Source: Bifidobacterium breve (GTDB lineage Bacteria > Actinomycetota > Actinomycetes > Nanopelagicales > Nanopelagicaceae). From it: a DNA stretch of 64,000 nucleotides. Within the stretch, counting starts at the first letter, position 1. Each line of letters opens with the position of its first letter. The translations under genes were made by a program, and so were the position numbers. Shown piece after piece: positions 1-11,900 of the stretch. The DNA is taken from assembly GCA_945889195.1 (NCBI GenBank), contig CAMDBB010000007.1, forward strand, positions 12,818-76,817, written 5' to 3'. The notes under the pieces are model-generated. The model was not told the origin of the DNA and did not search any database. It saw only the letters and a list, made by a program, of their open reading frames with translations.

Positions 1-646
1 GAGTTGCTGATAGACCTTCATATCTCTTTGATAAATCCAACTTCTGTGTCGCCAAAATATGGCGAATAAGTGAGAAACCATTTGCATGAAAACCACTAGC
101 TGGCATCGCGATGATGAGATCTCCGCGCTTTACGCGATCGGCACCCAGTTGAAGTGGTGCATCAACTACACCTGTTGCAGCTCCTGCAATATCAAATTCA
201 TCTTCTGCCAAAAGCCCTGGGTGTTCTGCAGTTTCACCACCAACCAGCGCTGTTCCTGCCTTTTCACAACCGCGTGCGATTCCTGAAACAATATCGGCGA
301 TCCGTTCTGGAATGACTTTTCCTACTGCAATGTAATCAGTCATAAAGAGCGGCTCGGCGCCACAGACAACCAAGTCATCTACAACCATCGCCACTAGATC
401 TTCGCCGATGGTGTCGTACTTACCCATCTGGCGAGCAATCTCGGTCTTTGTGCCAACGCCATCGGTTGATGTAGCAAGTAGCGGTTGCTTCATGGATTTC
501 AGCGCAGATGCATCGAAGAGTCCTGCGAAGCCACCAATGCCACCCATTACTTCTGGGCGAGATGCCTTAGCAATCGATGCCTTCATCAATTCAACGGCGC
601 GATCACCGGCATCGATATCTACGCCTGAATCTTTATATGTTGCCAC
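1..646 (-). CDS. purM: phosphoribosylformylglycinamidine cyclo-ligase (AIR synthetase), N-terminal part; 3' end cut by window edge
   Basis: Not present as one ORF in the track. My minus-strand translation from the GTG at 646 reads [70 protein letters not shown], a PurM N-terminus. The GTG overlaps the purF stop (TAGTG). Confidence 0.85.
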   Translation of the reverse strand, partial: MATYKDSGVDIDAGDRAVELMKASIAKASRPEVMGGIGGFAGLFDASALKSMKQPLLATSTDGVGTKTEIARQMGKYDTIGEDLVAMVVDDLVVCGAEPLFMTDYIAVGKVIPERIADIVSGIARGCEKAGTALVGGETAEHPGLLAEDEFDIAGAATGVVDAPLQLGADRVKRGDLIIAMPASGFHANGFSLIRHILATQKLDLSKRYEGLSAT

Positions 647-2133
647 TACTTATGAACCTTCTCGGTATGCACATCAGTGACTTCAAGGCGCATCTTGCCC
701 TCTGACATATCTGTTGGAATGGCGATTGGATATTTGCCTGAAAAACATGCGGTGCAGAGCTTCTCTGCCTGCACGTTCGTTGCCTCAATGAGTCCTTCTT
801 CAGAGACATAAGCCAGCGAATCTGCACCGATTGAACGGCGGATTTCTTCAACTTCTAGACCGCTAGCAATCAGTTCAGCGCGCGTTGCAAAGTCAATACC
901 GTAGAAGCAAGGCCACTTCACCGGAGGAGATGAGATGCGCACATGAATTTCAAGTGCGCCCGCTTCACGCAACATACGAACTAAGGCGCGCTGGGTATTT
1001 CCGCGGACGATTGAATCATCGACAACGATGATGCGCTTTCCTTCAATGATTTCGCGAAGTGGATTGAGCTTAAGGCGAATACCAAGTTGGCGAATGGTCT
1101 GTGATGGCTGAATAAATGTACGCCCCACATATGAGTTCTTCACAAGTCCTAGGCCATATGGAATCCCTGATTGCTTGGCATAACCAATTGCGGCAGGAGT
1201 TCCTGATTCAGGGACTGGAATCACCAAATCCGCATCGACCGGTGCTTCGATTGCTAAACGTTGTCCGATGCGCCCGCGCACTGCATGAATACTCTGCCCG
1301 GCAATGGTTGTATCAGGGCGAGCTAAGTACACATATTCAAAGATGCAGCCCTTTGGATCGGGCGTAGCCCACATCTGTGAACGAATACCATCTTCATTAA
1401 TTGCTAGGAATTCACCTGGTTCAACTTCACGAACAAAGGCTGCTCCGACAATATCCAGTGCTGCTGATTCAGAGGCGACGACCCAACCACGATCGAGCTT
1501 TCCGATAACAAGTGGGCGAACTCCGTGGCGATCGCGTGCTGCATAGAGAGTGCGCTCATCCATAAAGACCAATGAGAATGCACCTTCCAGCTTAGGTAGA
1601 ACTGCAAGCGCGCTGGCTTCTACATTCTTCTCATCTTGTAGCCCAATGAGCGCTGTCATGATTTCAGTATCCGTAGTTGCACCGCGTGCATTTTTTGGAG
1701 CATCTGCATCTAACTTCTGAACCAGCTCTGCTAAATCACCGGTATTAGTCAGGTTGCCATTATGTGCAAGCGCCAGAGTTCCGTACTTAGTCGGACGCAG
1801 AGTTGGTTGCGCATTTACCCAAGTACTCGATCCTGTAGTGCTGTAACGGCAATGGCCAATTGCCAAATTGCCAATTAGTGATGCTAAATCTGTCTCAGTA
1901 AACACCTGTGAAACAAGGCCCATATCTTTGTAAACGAGAATTCGTTCGCCATCAGATGTTGCGATTCCGGCAGATTCTTGTCCGCGATGTTGCAGCGCAT
2001 AGAGACCATAGAAAGAGAGTTTTGCTACTTCTTCACCCGGCGCCCACACACCAAAAACACCACACGCATCTTGCGGACCTTTATCTGCATCGAGCACATT
2101 GTGGTTTAACAAACCATCGGGGCGGCGGCTCAT
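646..2133 (-). CDS. purF: amidophosphoribosyltransferase
   Basis: 495-aa ORF with propeptide then CGVFGVW (N-terminal nucleophile Cys), the PRTase motif [12 protein letters not shown], and C-terminal Cys residues for the Fe-S cluster. Confidence 0.95.
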   Translation of the reverse strand: MSRRPDGLLNHNVLDADKGPQDACGVFGVWAPGEEVAKLSFYGLYALQHRGQESAGIATSDGERILVYKDMGLVSQVFTETDLASLIGNLAIGHCRYSTTGSSTWVNAQPTLRPTKYGTLALAHNGNLTNTGDLAELVQKLDADAPKNARGATTDTEIMTALIGLQDEKNVEASALAVLPKLEGAFSLVFMDERTLYAARDRHGVRPLVIGKLDRGWVVASESAALDIVGAAFVREVEPGEFLAINEDGIRSQMWATPDPKGCIFEYVYLARPDTTIAGQSIHAVRGRIGQRLAIEAPVDADLVIPVPESGTPAAIGYAKQSGIPYGLGLVKNSYVGRTFIQPSQTIRQLGIRLKLNPLREIIEGKRIIVVDDSIVRGNTQRALVRMLREAGALEIHVRISSPPVKWPCFYGIDFATRAELIASGLEVEEIRRSIGADSLAYVSEEGLIEATNVQAEKLCTACFSGKYPIAIPTDMSEGKMRLEVTDVHTEKVHK

Positions 2134-2426
2134 TGGCTCATCCTAAGCGGTAGAAGTGGCGATAAATCGGCGCGAACTCCCGATGCCACAATGAGTCCGG
2201 CGCTCATCGCTTCGCTCCAGGTAGTTTCACCACGTGCTAACGCCAGCCATGTATCTGCCTGCATCTCGATGACATTCGGTGGAGTGCCACGAGTATGCGT
2301 TGGTCCTTCACCACATTGCACCGCTGCATACGGTGGGATACGGACTTCAATTGCACGCCCTGGTGCTCGCTCAGTAAGAAGTGCCAGCGTTGCCTTTACC
2401 TCTTCCAAAACAAGTGGATCGCGCAT
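2130..2426 (-). CDS. small SCP2-like (sterol carrier family) protein embedded between purL and purF
   Basis: 98-aa ORF whose stop overlaps the purF start (ATGA). As I recall, a similarly small conserved protein sits between purL and purF in mycobacteria. The family call is from memory, not a search. Confidence 0.5.
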   Translation of the reverse strand: MRDPLVLEEVKATLALLTERAPGRAIEVRIPPYAAVQCGEGPTHTRGTPPNVIEMQADTWLALARGETTWSEAMSAGLIVASGVRADLSPLLPLRMSQ

Positions 2427-2432
2427 AGATAA

Positions 2433-4664
2433 TTACCCAAACAACTTCGGGATAGTTTCGGTATGTGCTTTACGAAGTTCTGTCAATGAAATCTTGGCAC
2501 CATTAATCACCAATGAATCTCCACCAGTTGTTCCGATTTTAGTCAGTGTGATTTTCTGCGCAGCAGCTTCTTGAGTAAGAGCGGCCGTCTGTGCTGGATC
2601 AATTGCGACAACCACACGTCCTGGAGTTTCACTCACTAACGCGATGCCTACATTCTCTAAAGTAATAGTCGCACCTACGTTATGGCGCAGAACCATTTCA
2701 GTAAGAGTCGCACTCAAACCTCCTTGGCTTAAATCATGTGCTGCGCTAAAGATCTTCTTGGTGCGTCCTGCAACCAATAGTTCAATCAATCGCATCTCGC
2801 GTTGTAGATCTGCTGTGGGTGCAATACCGCCGCGCTGGTTATGCATGTATGCCCATTCACTACCAGCAAGGTCTTCGTGGGTATCTCCAAGAAGATAGAG
2901 ATCTAGACCAGCGCAATCAAATGACATAGGTGTGCGTGTGCGCACATCATCAATCACGCCGAGCACGCCAATTACAGGCGTTGGCAGAATAGCTACAGCG
3001 CCTGTTTGGTTATAGAACGAGACGTTGCCGCCAGTCACGGGAAGCCCCATTTCAAGACATCCATCAGCTAAACCGCGTACCGATTCAGCAAATTGCCACA
3101 TCACGCCAGGATCTTCTGGAGAGCCAAAATTAAGGCAATTTGTTACCGCAAGCGGAATAGCGCCAGCTGTTGCAATATTTCGCGCAGCCTCTGCCAGCGC
3201 TAACTTCGCACCTTCATAAGGATTTAAGTATGACCAATTTGCATTGGCATCAGTTGCAACTGCAACGCCCAGATGAGTGTTCTCGTCAATACGAATCATT
3301 CCAGAGTCATCTGGTTGCGATTGAATGGTATTTCCCTGAACATAGCGATCGTATTGATCGGTAATCCATGACTTGTCGGCCAAGTTAGGTGTTGCAGCGA
3401 GCTTTAGAACAGTCTCTTTAATCTCTGCATCCGACTTTGCCAGCGGAACGTTAATGGTTTCTTTTGCAACCTGATCAATGTATGCAGGTTGGGCAAATGG
3501 ACGCTGATAGACAGGACCATCGTGTGCCACGGTACGAGGTGGAACATCAACGATGAGCTCGCCATTCCACGTAATCTCAAGGTGTTTGCCATCGGTGACT
3601 TCGCCAATCACAGTGACTGTGACATCCCACTTTTCGCATATTTCTAAGAAGCGAGCAATCTTGCTTGGTTCAACAATTGCGCACATACGCTCTTGTGATT
3701 CAGACATGAGGATTTCTTCAGGTGAAAGAGAAGGATCACGAAGTGGAACTTTGTCGAGCTGTACCTTCATGCCGCCAGAGCCACCGGATGCAAGTTCAGA
3801 AGTTGCACAAGAAAGTCCTGCGCCGCCTAAATCTTGAATACCTACAACTAAATCTTCAGCGAAGATTTCAAGAGAACATTCGATGAGAACCTTCTCAACG
3901 AAAGGATCTCCGACTTGTACTGCAGGTCGCTTTGCTGGCCCCTTTGATTCAAAGGTTTCTGATGCCAGAACTGAAACTCCACCGATTCCATCTCCACCTG
4001 TCTTTGCGCCATAGAGAACAACCAGGTTTCCGGCGCCAGCAGCCTTTGCCAGCTTGATATCGCTATGTTTCATAACCCCTACGCAAAGAGCGTTAACAAG
4101 TGGGTTTCCGAGGTAGCTCTGATCAAAGACAACTTCACCGCCGATATTTGGTAGCCCTAAACAATTTCCATAACCGCCAACGCCTGCCACGATTCCAGGA
4201 AGAACGCGACGCGTATCTGGTGCATCTGCGGGCCCAAAGCGAAGTGGATCCATAACAGCGATAGGACGAGCGCCCATCGTCAAAATATCGCGAACGATTC
4301 CACCAACGCCAGTTGCAGCGCCTTGATATGGCTCAATAAATGATGGGTGGTTGTGCGATTCAATTTTGAAAGTTACTGCATAGCCTTGTCCGACATCTAC
4401 AACGCCCGCGTTTTCGCCGATACCGACAAGAAGTGCATCAGTCTTTACTGCCTTTTCGCCAAATTGCTTGAGGTGAACCTTGGAAGATTTATAGGAGCAA
4501 TGCTCAGACCACATCACTGAATACATCGCTAGTTCTGATGAAGTTGGGCGGCGTCCCAGGATTTCCTTGATGCGCGCATATTCATCGGGCTTTAAGCCGA
4601 GTTCGGCAAACGGTTGTGTAGTCTCTGGATTTGCTTGCGCTTGTGCAACGGTATCGAGCGCCAT
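2433..4664 (-). CDS. purL: phosphoribosylformylglycinamidine synthase subunit PurL
   Basis: 743-aa ORF with typical small-PurL motifs ([23 protein letters not shown] domains). Its ATG overlaps the purQ stop (TAATG). Confidence 0.95.
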   Translation of the reverse strand: MALDTVAQAQANPETTQPFAELGLKPDEYARIKEILGRRPTSSELAMYSVMWSEHCSYKSSKVHLKQFGEKAVKTDALLVGIGENAGVVDVGQGYAVTFKIESHNHPSFIEPYQGAATGVGGIVRDILTMGARPIAVMDPLRFGPADAPDTRRVLPGIVAGVGGYGNCLGLPNIGGEVVFDQSYLGNPLVNALCVGVMKHSDIKLAKAAGAGNLVVLYGAKTGGDGIGGVSVLASETFESKGPAKRPAVQVGDPFVEKVLIECSLEIFAEDLVVGIQDLGGAGLSCATSELASGGSGGMKVQLDKVPLRDPSLSPEEILMSESQERMCAIVEPSKIARFLEICEKWDVTVTVIGEVTDGKHLEITWNGELIVDVPPRTVAHDGPVYQRPFAQPAYIDQVAKETINVPLAKSDAEIKETVLKLAATPNLADKSWITDQYDRYVQGNTIQSQPDDSGMIRIDENTHLGVAVATDANANWSYLNPYEGAKLALAEAARNIATAGAIPLAVTNCLNFGSPEDPGVMWQFAESVRGLADGCLEMGLPVTGGNVSFYNQTGAVAILPTPVIGVLGVIDDVRTRTPMSFDCAGLDLYLLGDTHEDLAGSEWAYMHNQRGGIAPTADLQREMRLIELLVAGRTKKIFSAAHDLSQGGLSATLTEMVLRHNVGATITLENVGIALVSETPGRVVVAIDPAQTAALTQEAAAQKITLTKIGTTGGDSLVINGAKISLTELRKAHTETIPKLFG

Positions 4665-5332
4665 TACTTCACCAACGCTTTCAAGACTGAGGTAAAGAAA
4701 CCTAATCCATCGGCAGATGGACCAGTTAAAGAGTCAATCGCATGTTCTGGGTGCGGCATAAGACCGACGATATTTCCGCGCTCGTTTGTGATTCCTGCAA
4801 TTAAGTTGCGAGATCCATTTGGGTTTTCACCGACATAGCGAGCGATGATGCGACCTTCGCCTTCGAGCATCGCCAGAGTTTCATCGTCGCACATATATGC
4901 GCCTTCACCGTTCTTCAGTGGAATAACAATCTCTTCACCTTGCTTATATGAAGATGTCCAGGCGGTGTTTGTATTCTCAATCGTTATCTTCTGATCGCGG
5001 CATAAGAAGTGCAGCTCGTGGTTGCGAGTAAGTGCTCCTGGAATCAGATGCGCCTCGGCCAGGACCTGAAAGCCGTTACAGATACCTAGTAGCGGCATGC
5101 CACCTTGGGCTGCCTTAATGATCGGCTCCATTACTGGTGAGAAACGTGAGATTGCACCGCAGCGAAGGTAATCACCATATGAAAAACCGCCAGGAAGAAT
5201 CACTGCATCAACGCCATGTAAATCGGCATCGTTATGCCAGAGCGCAACCGCTTCACCGCCTGCGTGGCGAACTGCGCGAGCTGCATCTCGATCATCGAGA
5301 GTGCCCGGAAAGGTAACTACACCGATTTTCAT
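4664..5332 (-). CDS. purQ: phosphoribosylformylglycinamidine synthase glutaminase subunit PurQ
   Basis: 222 aa. Class I glutamine amidotransferase with GICNGFQ (catalytic Cys) and HPE near the C-terminus. Confidence 0.95.
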   Translation of the reverse strand: MKIGVVTFPGTLDDRDAARAVRHAGGEAVALWHNDADLHGVDAVILPGGFSYGDYLRCGAISRFSPVMEPIIKAAQGGMPLLGICNGFQVLAEAHLIPGALTRNHELHFLCRDQKITIENTNTAWTSSYKQGEEIVIPLKNGEGAYMCDDETLAMLEGEGRIIARYVGENPNGSRNLIAGITNERGNIVGLMPHPEHAIDSLTGPSADGLGFFTSVLKALVK

Positions 5333-5337
5333 ATCTA

Positions 5338-5583
5338 TTACTTCTCCACTCGCACTGTGAAGTTTTCAATAACAGGGTTTGAAAGAAGTACTTCGGCAGC
5401 CTTTTCGACATCAGCTAGCTGCGCAGCAGTTGGTTCGCCATCGACTTCAATCTCAAAGCGCTTACCTTGGCGCACATCTTTAGCAAAGGCAAAGCCAAGG
5501 CGTGGCAAGGCCGCAGCAACAGCTTTACCTTGTGGGTCGAGAATTTCAGGCTTTAACATCACATCGACCACAATCTTTGCCAT
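5338..5583 (-). CDS. purS: phosphoribosylformylglycinamidine synthase subunit PurS
   Basis: 81 aa, typical PurS size, sequence (VLDPQG) and position upstream of purQ. Confidence 0.9.
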   Translation of the reverse strand: MAKIVVDVMLKPEILDPQGKAVAAALPRLGFAFAKDVRQGKRFEIEVDGEPTAAQLADVEKAAEVLLSNPVIENFTVRVEK

Positions 5584-5604
5584 TTCTATCCCCTTTTGTT
5601 TGTC

Positions 5605-6486
5605 TTAGAACTTGCTGCCGGTTATACGTTCAAATGCTGCTTCATATCGCGCCGCAGTTTTCTCTACGATTTCTGCAGGCAATTCTGGAGGTGTGGATTT
5701 CTTATCCCATCCACTTGAGGTGAGCCAATCGCGTACAAATTGTTTATCAAATGATGGTTGTGACTTACCGGGCTCCCAGCCATCAGATTCCCAGAAACGT
5801 GATGAATCTGGAGTCAGAGCCTCATCACCTAAAGTGATTTCGTTAGATGCGTTTAAGCCAAATTCAAATTTGGTATCTGCCAGAATTATTCCGCGCTCTG
5901 CAGCAAATCCACTGGCTGTGTCATATAGCTTTAAAGTCAGTTCACGAAGTTCGGCCGCGTAATCTGCGCCGACAATTTTGGCAGCGCTCTCAAAATCTAT
6001 ATTGATGTCGTGATCGCCGATTTCTGCCTTTGTAGCTGGTGTAAAGATGCTCGCTGGCAGCTTTGAGCCATCTAATAACCCTGCTGGGAGTGGGTTTGCA
6101 CATACTGATTGGCTTTCTTTGTATTCAACAAGGCCGCTACCTGTGAGATAGCCGCGGGCTACACATTCAATGGCAAACATTTCAAGAGGTTGCACAATTA
6201 CTGCGCGATCGGCGACAACATCCGGCACATCATCAGAAACTATGTGGTTGGGGACGATATCTGCCAATAGTTCAAACCAGAAGAGCGAAAGCTGGGTCAA
6301 GATTGCGCCCTTATTGGGAATTGTTGTTGGTAAGACCCAATCAAAGGCAGAGATGCGATCAGATGCAACTAAGAGAATTTCGCCAGCTTCATTTTTGTAT
6401 AAGTCGCGTACTTTGCCGGTGCGCAGGTGTTGCCAACCGCTAATAGTTGGTGCTGGCGGTGCGCCAGCTGCGCCGAAGCCGCTCAC
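5605..6486 (-). CDS. purC: phosphoribosylaminoimidazole-succinocarboxamide synthase
   Basis: 293 aa with GKVRDLY..LLVASDRISAFD and ILADTKFEFG, the actinobacterial long PurC type. The start appears to be GTG. Confidence 0.93.
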   Translation of the reverse strand: MSGFGAAGAPPAPTISGWQHLRTGKVRDLYKNEAGEILLVASDRISAFDWVLPTTIPNKGAILTQLSLFWFELLADIVPNHIVSDDVPDVVADRAVIVQPLEMFAIECVARGYLTGSGLVEYKESQSVCANPLPAGLLDGSKLPASIFTPATKAEIGDHDINIDFESAAKIVGADYAAELRELTLKLYDTASGFAAERGIILADTKFEFGLNASNEITLGDEALTPDSSRFWESDGWEPGKSQPSFDKQFVRDWLTSSGWDKKSTPPELPAEIVEKTAARYEAAFERITGSKF

Positions 6487-6499
6487 CGAATCTCCAATC

Positions 6500-7921
6500 T
6501 CATCTAATAGATTGGGGTTTGTACCGCGCTGCGGCAGGATGCGCGGAAGTAATCGCGTCGATGCGAGTTACAACTCGAGCTACTTGTTGGCGAGCATCGC
6601 CAGTAAATTCAATGGGGTTACCGATTAGGGCATCTAACTCTGCGCGCTTAAATGGAATGCGATCATCTGCATCGAGGGCGGCTAGGAAATTATTGGGCTT
6701 ACCTTCGCGCATACCGAGGGCTGCAGCGACAGCGTGCTCTTTGATCACTTCATGTGCTACTTCGCGACCGACTCCAGCTTTAACTGATGCCATCAGGATC
6801 TTGGTTGTTGCAAGAAATGGCAGATAGCGCTCGAGCTCTGCTGAAATCACTGCAGGGAATGCGCCAAATTCATTGAGCACTGTAAGCATTGTTTCAAGCA
6901 AGCCATCGATTGCGTAGAAAGCATCAGGTACAGCAACGCGACGTACAACGCTGCAAGAGACATCTCCTTCATTCCATTGGTTGCCAGCAAGTTCAGAGAC
7001 CATAGATGCGTAACCACGCAGAATGACTGTAAGGCCATTTACGCGCTCACAGGAACGGGTATTCATCTTGTGTGGCATTGCAGAGGATCCAACTTGTCCT
7101 GACTTAAATCCTTCAGTAACAAGTTCGGCGCCTGCCATCAAGCGGATAGAGGTGGCAAGTGATGAAGGAGCGGTAGCGAGCTGAACCAGAGTTGTGACAA
7201 CTTCATAATCGAGTGAACGCGGATAGACCTGTCCAGTTGAATCAAGGGTGCGGTTAAATCCAAGTTCGGTGGCAATCGCAGCTTCTAATTTCTGGTGCGC
7301 CTCAGTTGAACCTAGTAAATCTATGGAATCTTGCGCAGTTCCGACGGGGCCTTTGATGCCGCGCATTGGATAGCGGCTCTGTAGCGAAGTCAGCCGTTCA
7401 TATCCGTAGAGCAGCTCTTCAGCAGCAGAGGCAAAACGTTTTCCGAGAGTTGTTATCTGTGCTGGCACATTATGTGAGCGTCCAGCGATTGCCAGATCAG
7501 AGTATTCGGCAGCCTTTGTAGCAAGGGCTGCAAGGAGCGCAACAGTCTTGTCGTGAACGATTGCAAGCCCATCGCGAATTTGTAGCGCTTCAATATTTTC
7601 CGTGAGGTCACGGCTTGTCATTCCAGCATGGATCGCTTCATGGCCCGCGAGTGCGTTAAATTCTTCGATACGTGCTTTCACATCATGGCGAGTTACTTTT
7701 TCGCGGGCATCAATAGAGGCAAGATCTACTTTGGTAACAACCTTCTCGTAATCTGCGATTACTGCATCTGAGATGGCATGCCCTAGCTTTGCTTGTGCGC
7801 GCGCAACAGCGAGCCATAACTTTCTTTCAGCGATGATCTTTTCTTCTGGCGCAAAAACTTGGCGCATCGCAGTGGATGCATAACGTTCAGCTAATACGCT
7901 CACTGGTGCATTCTCTCTCAT
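6500..7921 (-). CDS. purB: adenylosuccinate lyase
   Basis: 473 aa with the fumarate-lyase superfamily signature GSSAMPHKMN. Confidence 0.95.
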   Translation of the reverse strand: MRENAPVSVLAERYASTAMRQVFAPEEKIIAERKLWLAVARAQAKLGHAISDAVIADYEKVVTKVDLASIDAREKVTRHDVKARIEEFNALAGHEAIHAGMTSRDLTENIEALQIRDGLAIVHDKTVALLAALATKAAEYSDLAIAGRSHNVPAQITTLGKRFASAAEELLYGYERLTSLQSRYPMRGIKGPVGTAQDSIDLLGSTEAHQKLEAAIATELGFNRTLDSTGQVYPRSLDYEVVTTLVQLATAPSSLATSIRLMAGAELVTEGFKSGQVGSSAMPHKMNTRSCERVNGLTVILRGYASMVSELAGNQWNEGDVSCSVVRRVAVPDAFYAIDGLLETMLTVLNEFGAFPAVISAELERYLPFLATTKILMASVKAGVGREVAHEVIKEHAVAAALGMREGKPNNFLAALDADDRIPFKRAELDALIGNPIEFTGDARQQVARVVTRIDAITSAHPAAARYKPQSIR

Positions 7922-9166
7922 TTAATTGCCCTTCTCTGCGATAGACGCATTAAATGCGATATCTGATCGATAGAAAGAGCCAGCCAGTTCAATCTGAGAG
8001 ATTGCCCGATAAGCCACATTGCGCGCTTCGGTCAGGTCAGAACCAATCCCTGTCACTGTCAGGACTCGACCTCCACTTGAGAGCAGGGAACCTTCCTCTT
8101 CCGATGTTCCTGCATGGAAAATCTGAGCCCCTGAAATTTCAGGAATTCCCGAAACTGCTCCACCTGTCTGAGGAGATTCTGGATATCCCTGTGCTGCTAA
8201 TACAACTGTTACCGCGCTGTCATCGCGCCATTGCAAGAATTCATCATCGAGTGAATCTGTCGCGGCCTTATAGAGAATAGAAGCAAGTGGTGTAACTAGC
8301 CGCGGAATCAATACTTGAGTTTCAGGATCTCCAAAGCGGGCGTTAAATTCAATCACGCGAATTCCATCATCTGTCAGAGCAAGTCCGGCATAGAGCAGAC
8401 CAACGAAGGGAGTTCCACGCGCAGCCATTTCAGCGATGATGGGTGCAAGAACTTCTGTGTATGTTTCTTCAACGATGTCATCAGGTGCCCACGGCAGCGG
8501 TGAATATGCACCCATACCGCCAGTGTTGGGACCTTCATCGCCATCAAAGGCGCGTTTGAAATCTTGGGCTGGTTGCATCGGCAGAATATTGCGACCATCT
8601 GAAATACCAAAGAGAGAAATTTCAGGGCCGCTCAAGTATTCCTCAATAACAACGCGCGAGCATGAGAGCGCATGGTCAAGAGCTACCTGGCGATCGTTGG
8701 TAACGACAACACCTTTACCCGCTGCCAACCCATCATCTTTCACAACATAGGGCGCACCGAAGGTATCAAGCGCCTTTTCAAATTCACTCTTTTCGGTACA
8801 GGTAAAGCTGCGCGCAGTTGGAACGCCAGCATCGCGCATTACACCTTTAGCAAAATCTTTTGAGCCTTCTAGTTGCGCAGCCGCCTTTGATGGGCCGAAA
8901 ACTGGAAAGCCCGCAGCGCGCAAGACATCAGCTGCGCCATTTACAAGTGGGACTTCAGGTCCAATAACTACAAGATCTACACCCAGTTGTTGTGCCAGCG
9001 CGCAGATTGCGCCGTTATCAGTGATGACTAAAGGATGAATCTGAGCAATCGCTGCAATACCTGGATTACCAGGTGCAACATGGAGTTCGGTACAACTTTT
9101 ATCTGCTTTGAGTCCTAGTGCGAGTGCGTGTTCACGACCGCCGCTTCCAACTAGGAGGATTTTCAT
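7922..9166 (-). CDS. purD: phosphoribosylamine-glycine ligase
   Basis: 414 aa. [16 protein letters not shown]-terminus, ATP-grasp core. Abuts the purB start with no spacer. Confidence 0.95.
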   Translation of the reverse strand: MKILLVGSGGREHALALGLKADKSCTELHVAPGNPGIAAIAQIHPLVITDNGAICALAQQLGVDLVVIGPEVPLVNGAADVLRAAGFPVFGPSKAAAQLEGSKDFAKGVMRDAGVPTARSFTCTEKSEFEKALDTFGAPYVVKDDGLAAGKGVVVTNDRQVALDHALSCSRVVIEEYLSGPEISLFGISDGRNILPMQPAQDFKRAFDGDEGPNTGGMGAYSPLPWAPDDIVEETYTEVLAPIIAEMAARGTPFVGLLYAGLALTDDGIRVIEFNARFGDPETQVLIPRLVTPLASILYKAATDSLDDEFLQWRDDSAVTVVLAAQGYPESPQTGGAVSGIPEISGAQIFHAGTSEEEGSLLSSGGRVLTVTGIGSDLTEARNVAYRAISQIELAGSFYRSDIAFNASIAEKGN

Positions 9167-9169
9167 GGC

Positions 9170-10480
<1,311 letters not shown>

Positions 10481-10485
10481 TTAAA

Positions 10486-11520
10486 TTACTTAAGGGCTGA
10501 TGTACCAGTTGAACGAAGGTCTTCGCATGCATGTGCAACGCGTGCAGCCATTCCTGCTTCTGCTGCCTTGCCCCACGCACGTGGATCGTAAGCCTTCTTA
10601 TTTCCGACTTCGCCATCAATCTTGAGGACGCCGTCGTAATTCTTAAACATATGCTCAACTACCGGACGAGTAAATGCGTATTGAGTATCAGTATCGATAT
10701 TCATCTTGATAACACCGTAATCGAGTGATTCACGAATCTCTGAAAGTAGCGAACCAGAACCACCGTGGAAGACGAGGTCCATTGGCTTGCTTCCTGCAGG
10801 AAGACCGAGCTTGGCAGAGACTGCATCTTGCAGAGTCTTCAAAATCTTTGGCTGCAAGACAACGTTTCCTGGCTTGTATACGCCGTGAACGTTTCCGAAA
10901 GTTGCTGCAACCATGTAACGAGCCTTGGCATCTGTGCCCAGTGTTTCGATAGTCATAAGAGCATCTTCAGGCGTTGAGTAGAGCTTGGCATCGTGCTTTG
11001 CTTCAACTCCATCTTCTTCGCCACCGACGACGCCGATTTCGATTTCAAGGATTGTGTTTGCAGCAACTGACTTATCGAGAAGCTCGCGCGCAACCTTCAT
11101 ATTCTCTGGCATGTCTACTGCTGAGCCGTCCCACATATGTGAGTTAAAGAGTGGCTGCTTTCCTTCTTTGATGCGCTGTGCGCCAATTTCAAGAAGTGGC
11201 CGCATGAAGCCGTCGAGCTTCTCTTTTGGACAGTGGTCGGTGTGAATTCCAATATTGACGTTGTAGTTCTTTGCCACAACGTGTGCAAACTCTGCGAGCG
11301 CAATTGCGCCATCAACCATGTTTTTCACAGTTGATCCTGATGCGTATTCAGCCCCACCCCATGAAAATTGGATGATTCCATCTGACTCAGCTTCGGCGAA
11401 TCCACGAATAGCTGCGATGACGGTCTGTGATGATGAAACGTTAATTGCCGGGTATGCGAATGATCCGGCTTTAGCGCGGTCTAACATCGCTGCATAAACT
11501 TCAGGGGTTGCTATAGGCAT
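10486..11520 (-). CDS. fbaA: class II fructose-bisphosphate aldolase
   Basis: 344 aa. The class II FBA pattern is present (HTDHC, LVFHGGSG). Confidence 0.93.
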   Translation of the reverse strand: MPIATPEVYAAMLDRAKAGSFAYPAINVSSSQTVIAAIRGFAEAESDGIIQFSWGGAEYASGSTVKNMVDGAIALAEFAHVVAKNYNVNIGIHTDHCPKEKLDGFMRPLLEIGAQRIKEGKQPLFNSHMWDGSAVDMPENMKVARELLDKSVAANTILEIEIGVVGGEEDGVEAKHDAKLYSTPEDALMTIETLGTDAKARYMVAATFGNVHGVYKPGNVVLQPKILKTLQDAVSAKLGLPAGSKPMDLVFHGGSGSLLSEIRESLDYGVIKMNIDTDTQYAFTRPVVEHMFKNYDGVLKIDGEVGNKKAYDPRAWGKAAEAGMAARVAHACEDLRSTGTSALK

Positions 11521-11668
11521 CTCGTGCTCCCAATCAAAGAGTGGTTAGAACTGGTGTAAACGCTCTGACGCACCATTGGGTCTTAAGGGCTTACGCCTAA
11601 TCCAACCACCTACCCCCGCGTATGAAAAATCGGCGCACTCAATACGCGAGGGCAACTGGCCTCCCCCG

Positions 11669-11770
11669 CTAGAGCTGGAGGTATTTCTGTAGGAAGGCGA
11701 TTAGTCCGGCTATGAGGGCTGGGCTATTGAGGACCTTGAGCAAGAGTGCAAGCAGTGCAGTTATTGTCAT
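11669..11770 (-). CDS. unannotated small ORF, 33-aa hydrophobic peptide MTITALLALLLKVLNSPALIAGLIAFLQKYLQL
   Basis: Below the ORF-track size cutoff. ATG is preceded by AAAGGAGTAAAA (strong SD, 5-nt spacer). Same strand as fba and about 150 nt upstream of it. No homology known to me. Confidence 0.35.
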   Translation of the reverse strand: MTITALLALLLKVLNSPALIAGLIAFLQKYLQL

Positions 11771-11900
11771 TTTTACTCCTTTCATCGATGAAGGTGCGCA
11801 GTATCAGTGAAAGAGAAAAGTGAGAAATATTCATATATGTGAAACTGTTGATAAATCCCGACACTTCACGGAAAGTCTTTCGAGGGGTAGCCTCATACAC

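Noticed and set aside
11521-11668. Possible riboswitch or structured leader upstream of fba, including the CGCGTAT-N18-ATACGCG inverted repeat. I also looked for a ZTP/purine-type riboswitch anywhere in the pur cluster.
   Set aside because: I could not fit any known riboswitch consensus by eye. The pur genes have essentially no untranslated spacers. The inverted repeat alone is weak evidence.
11838-11853. Crp/GlxR-like site TGTGAAACTGTTGATA upstream of acs.
   Set aside because: Only the left half-site matches TGTGA. The right half (TGATA versus TCACA) matches 3/5 positions. This is too weak to call without a genome-wide motif model.
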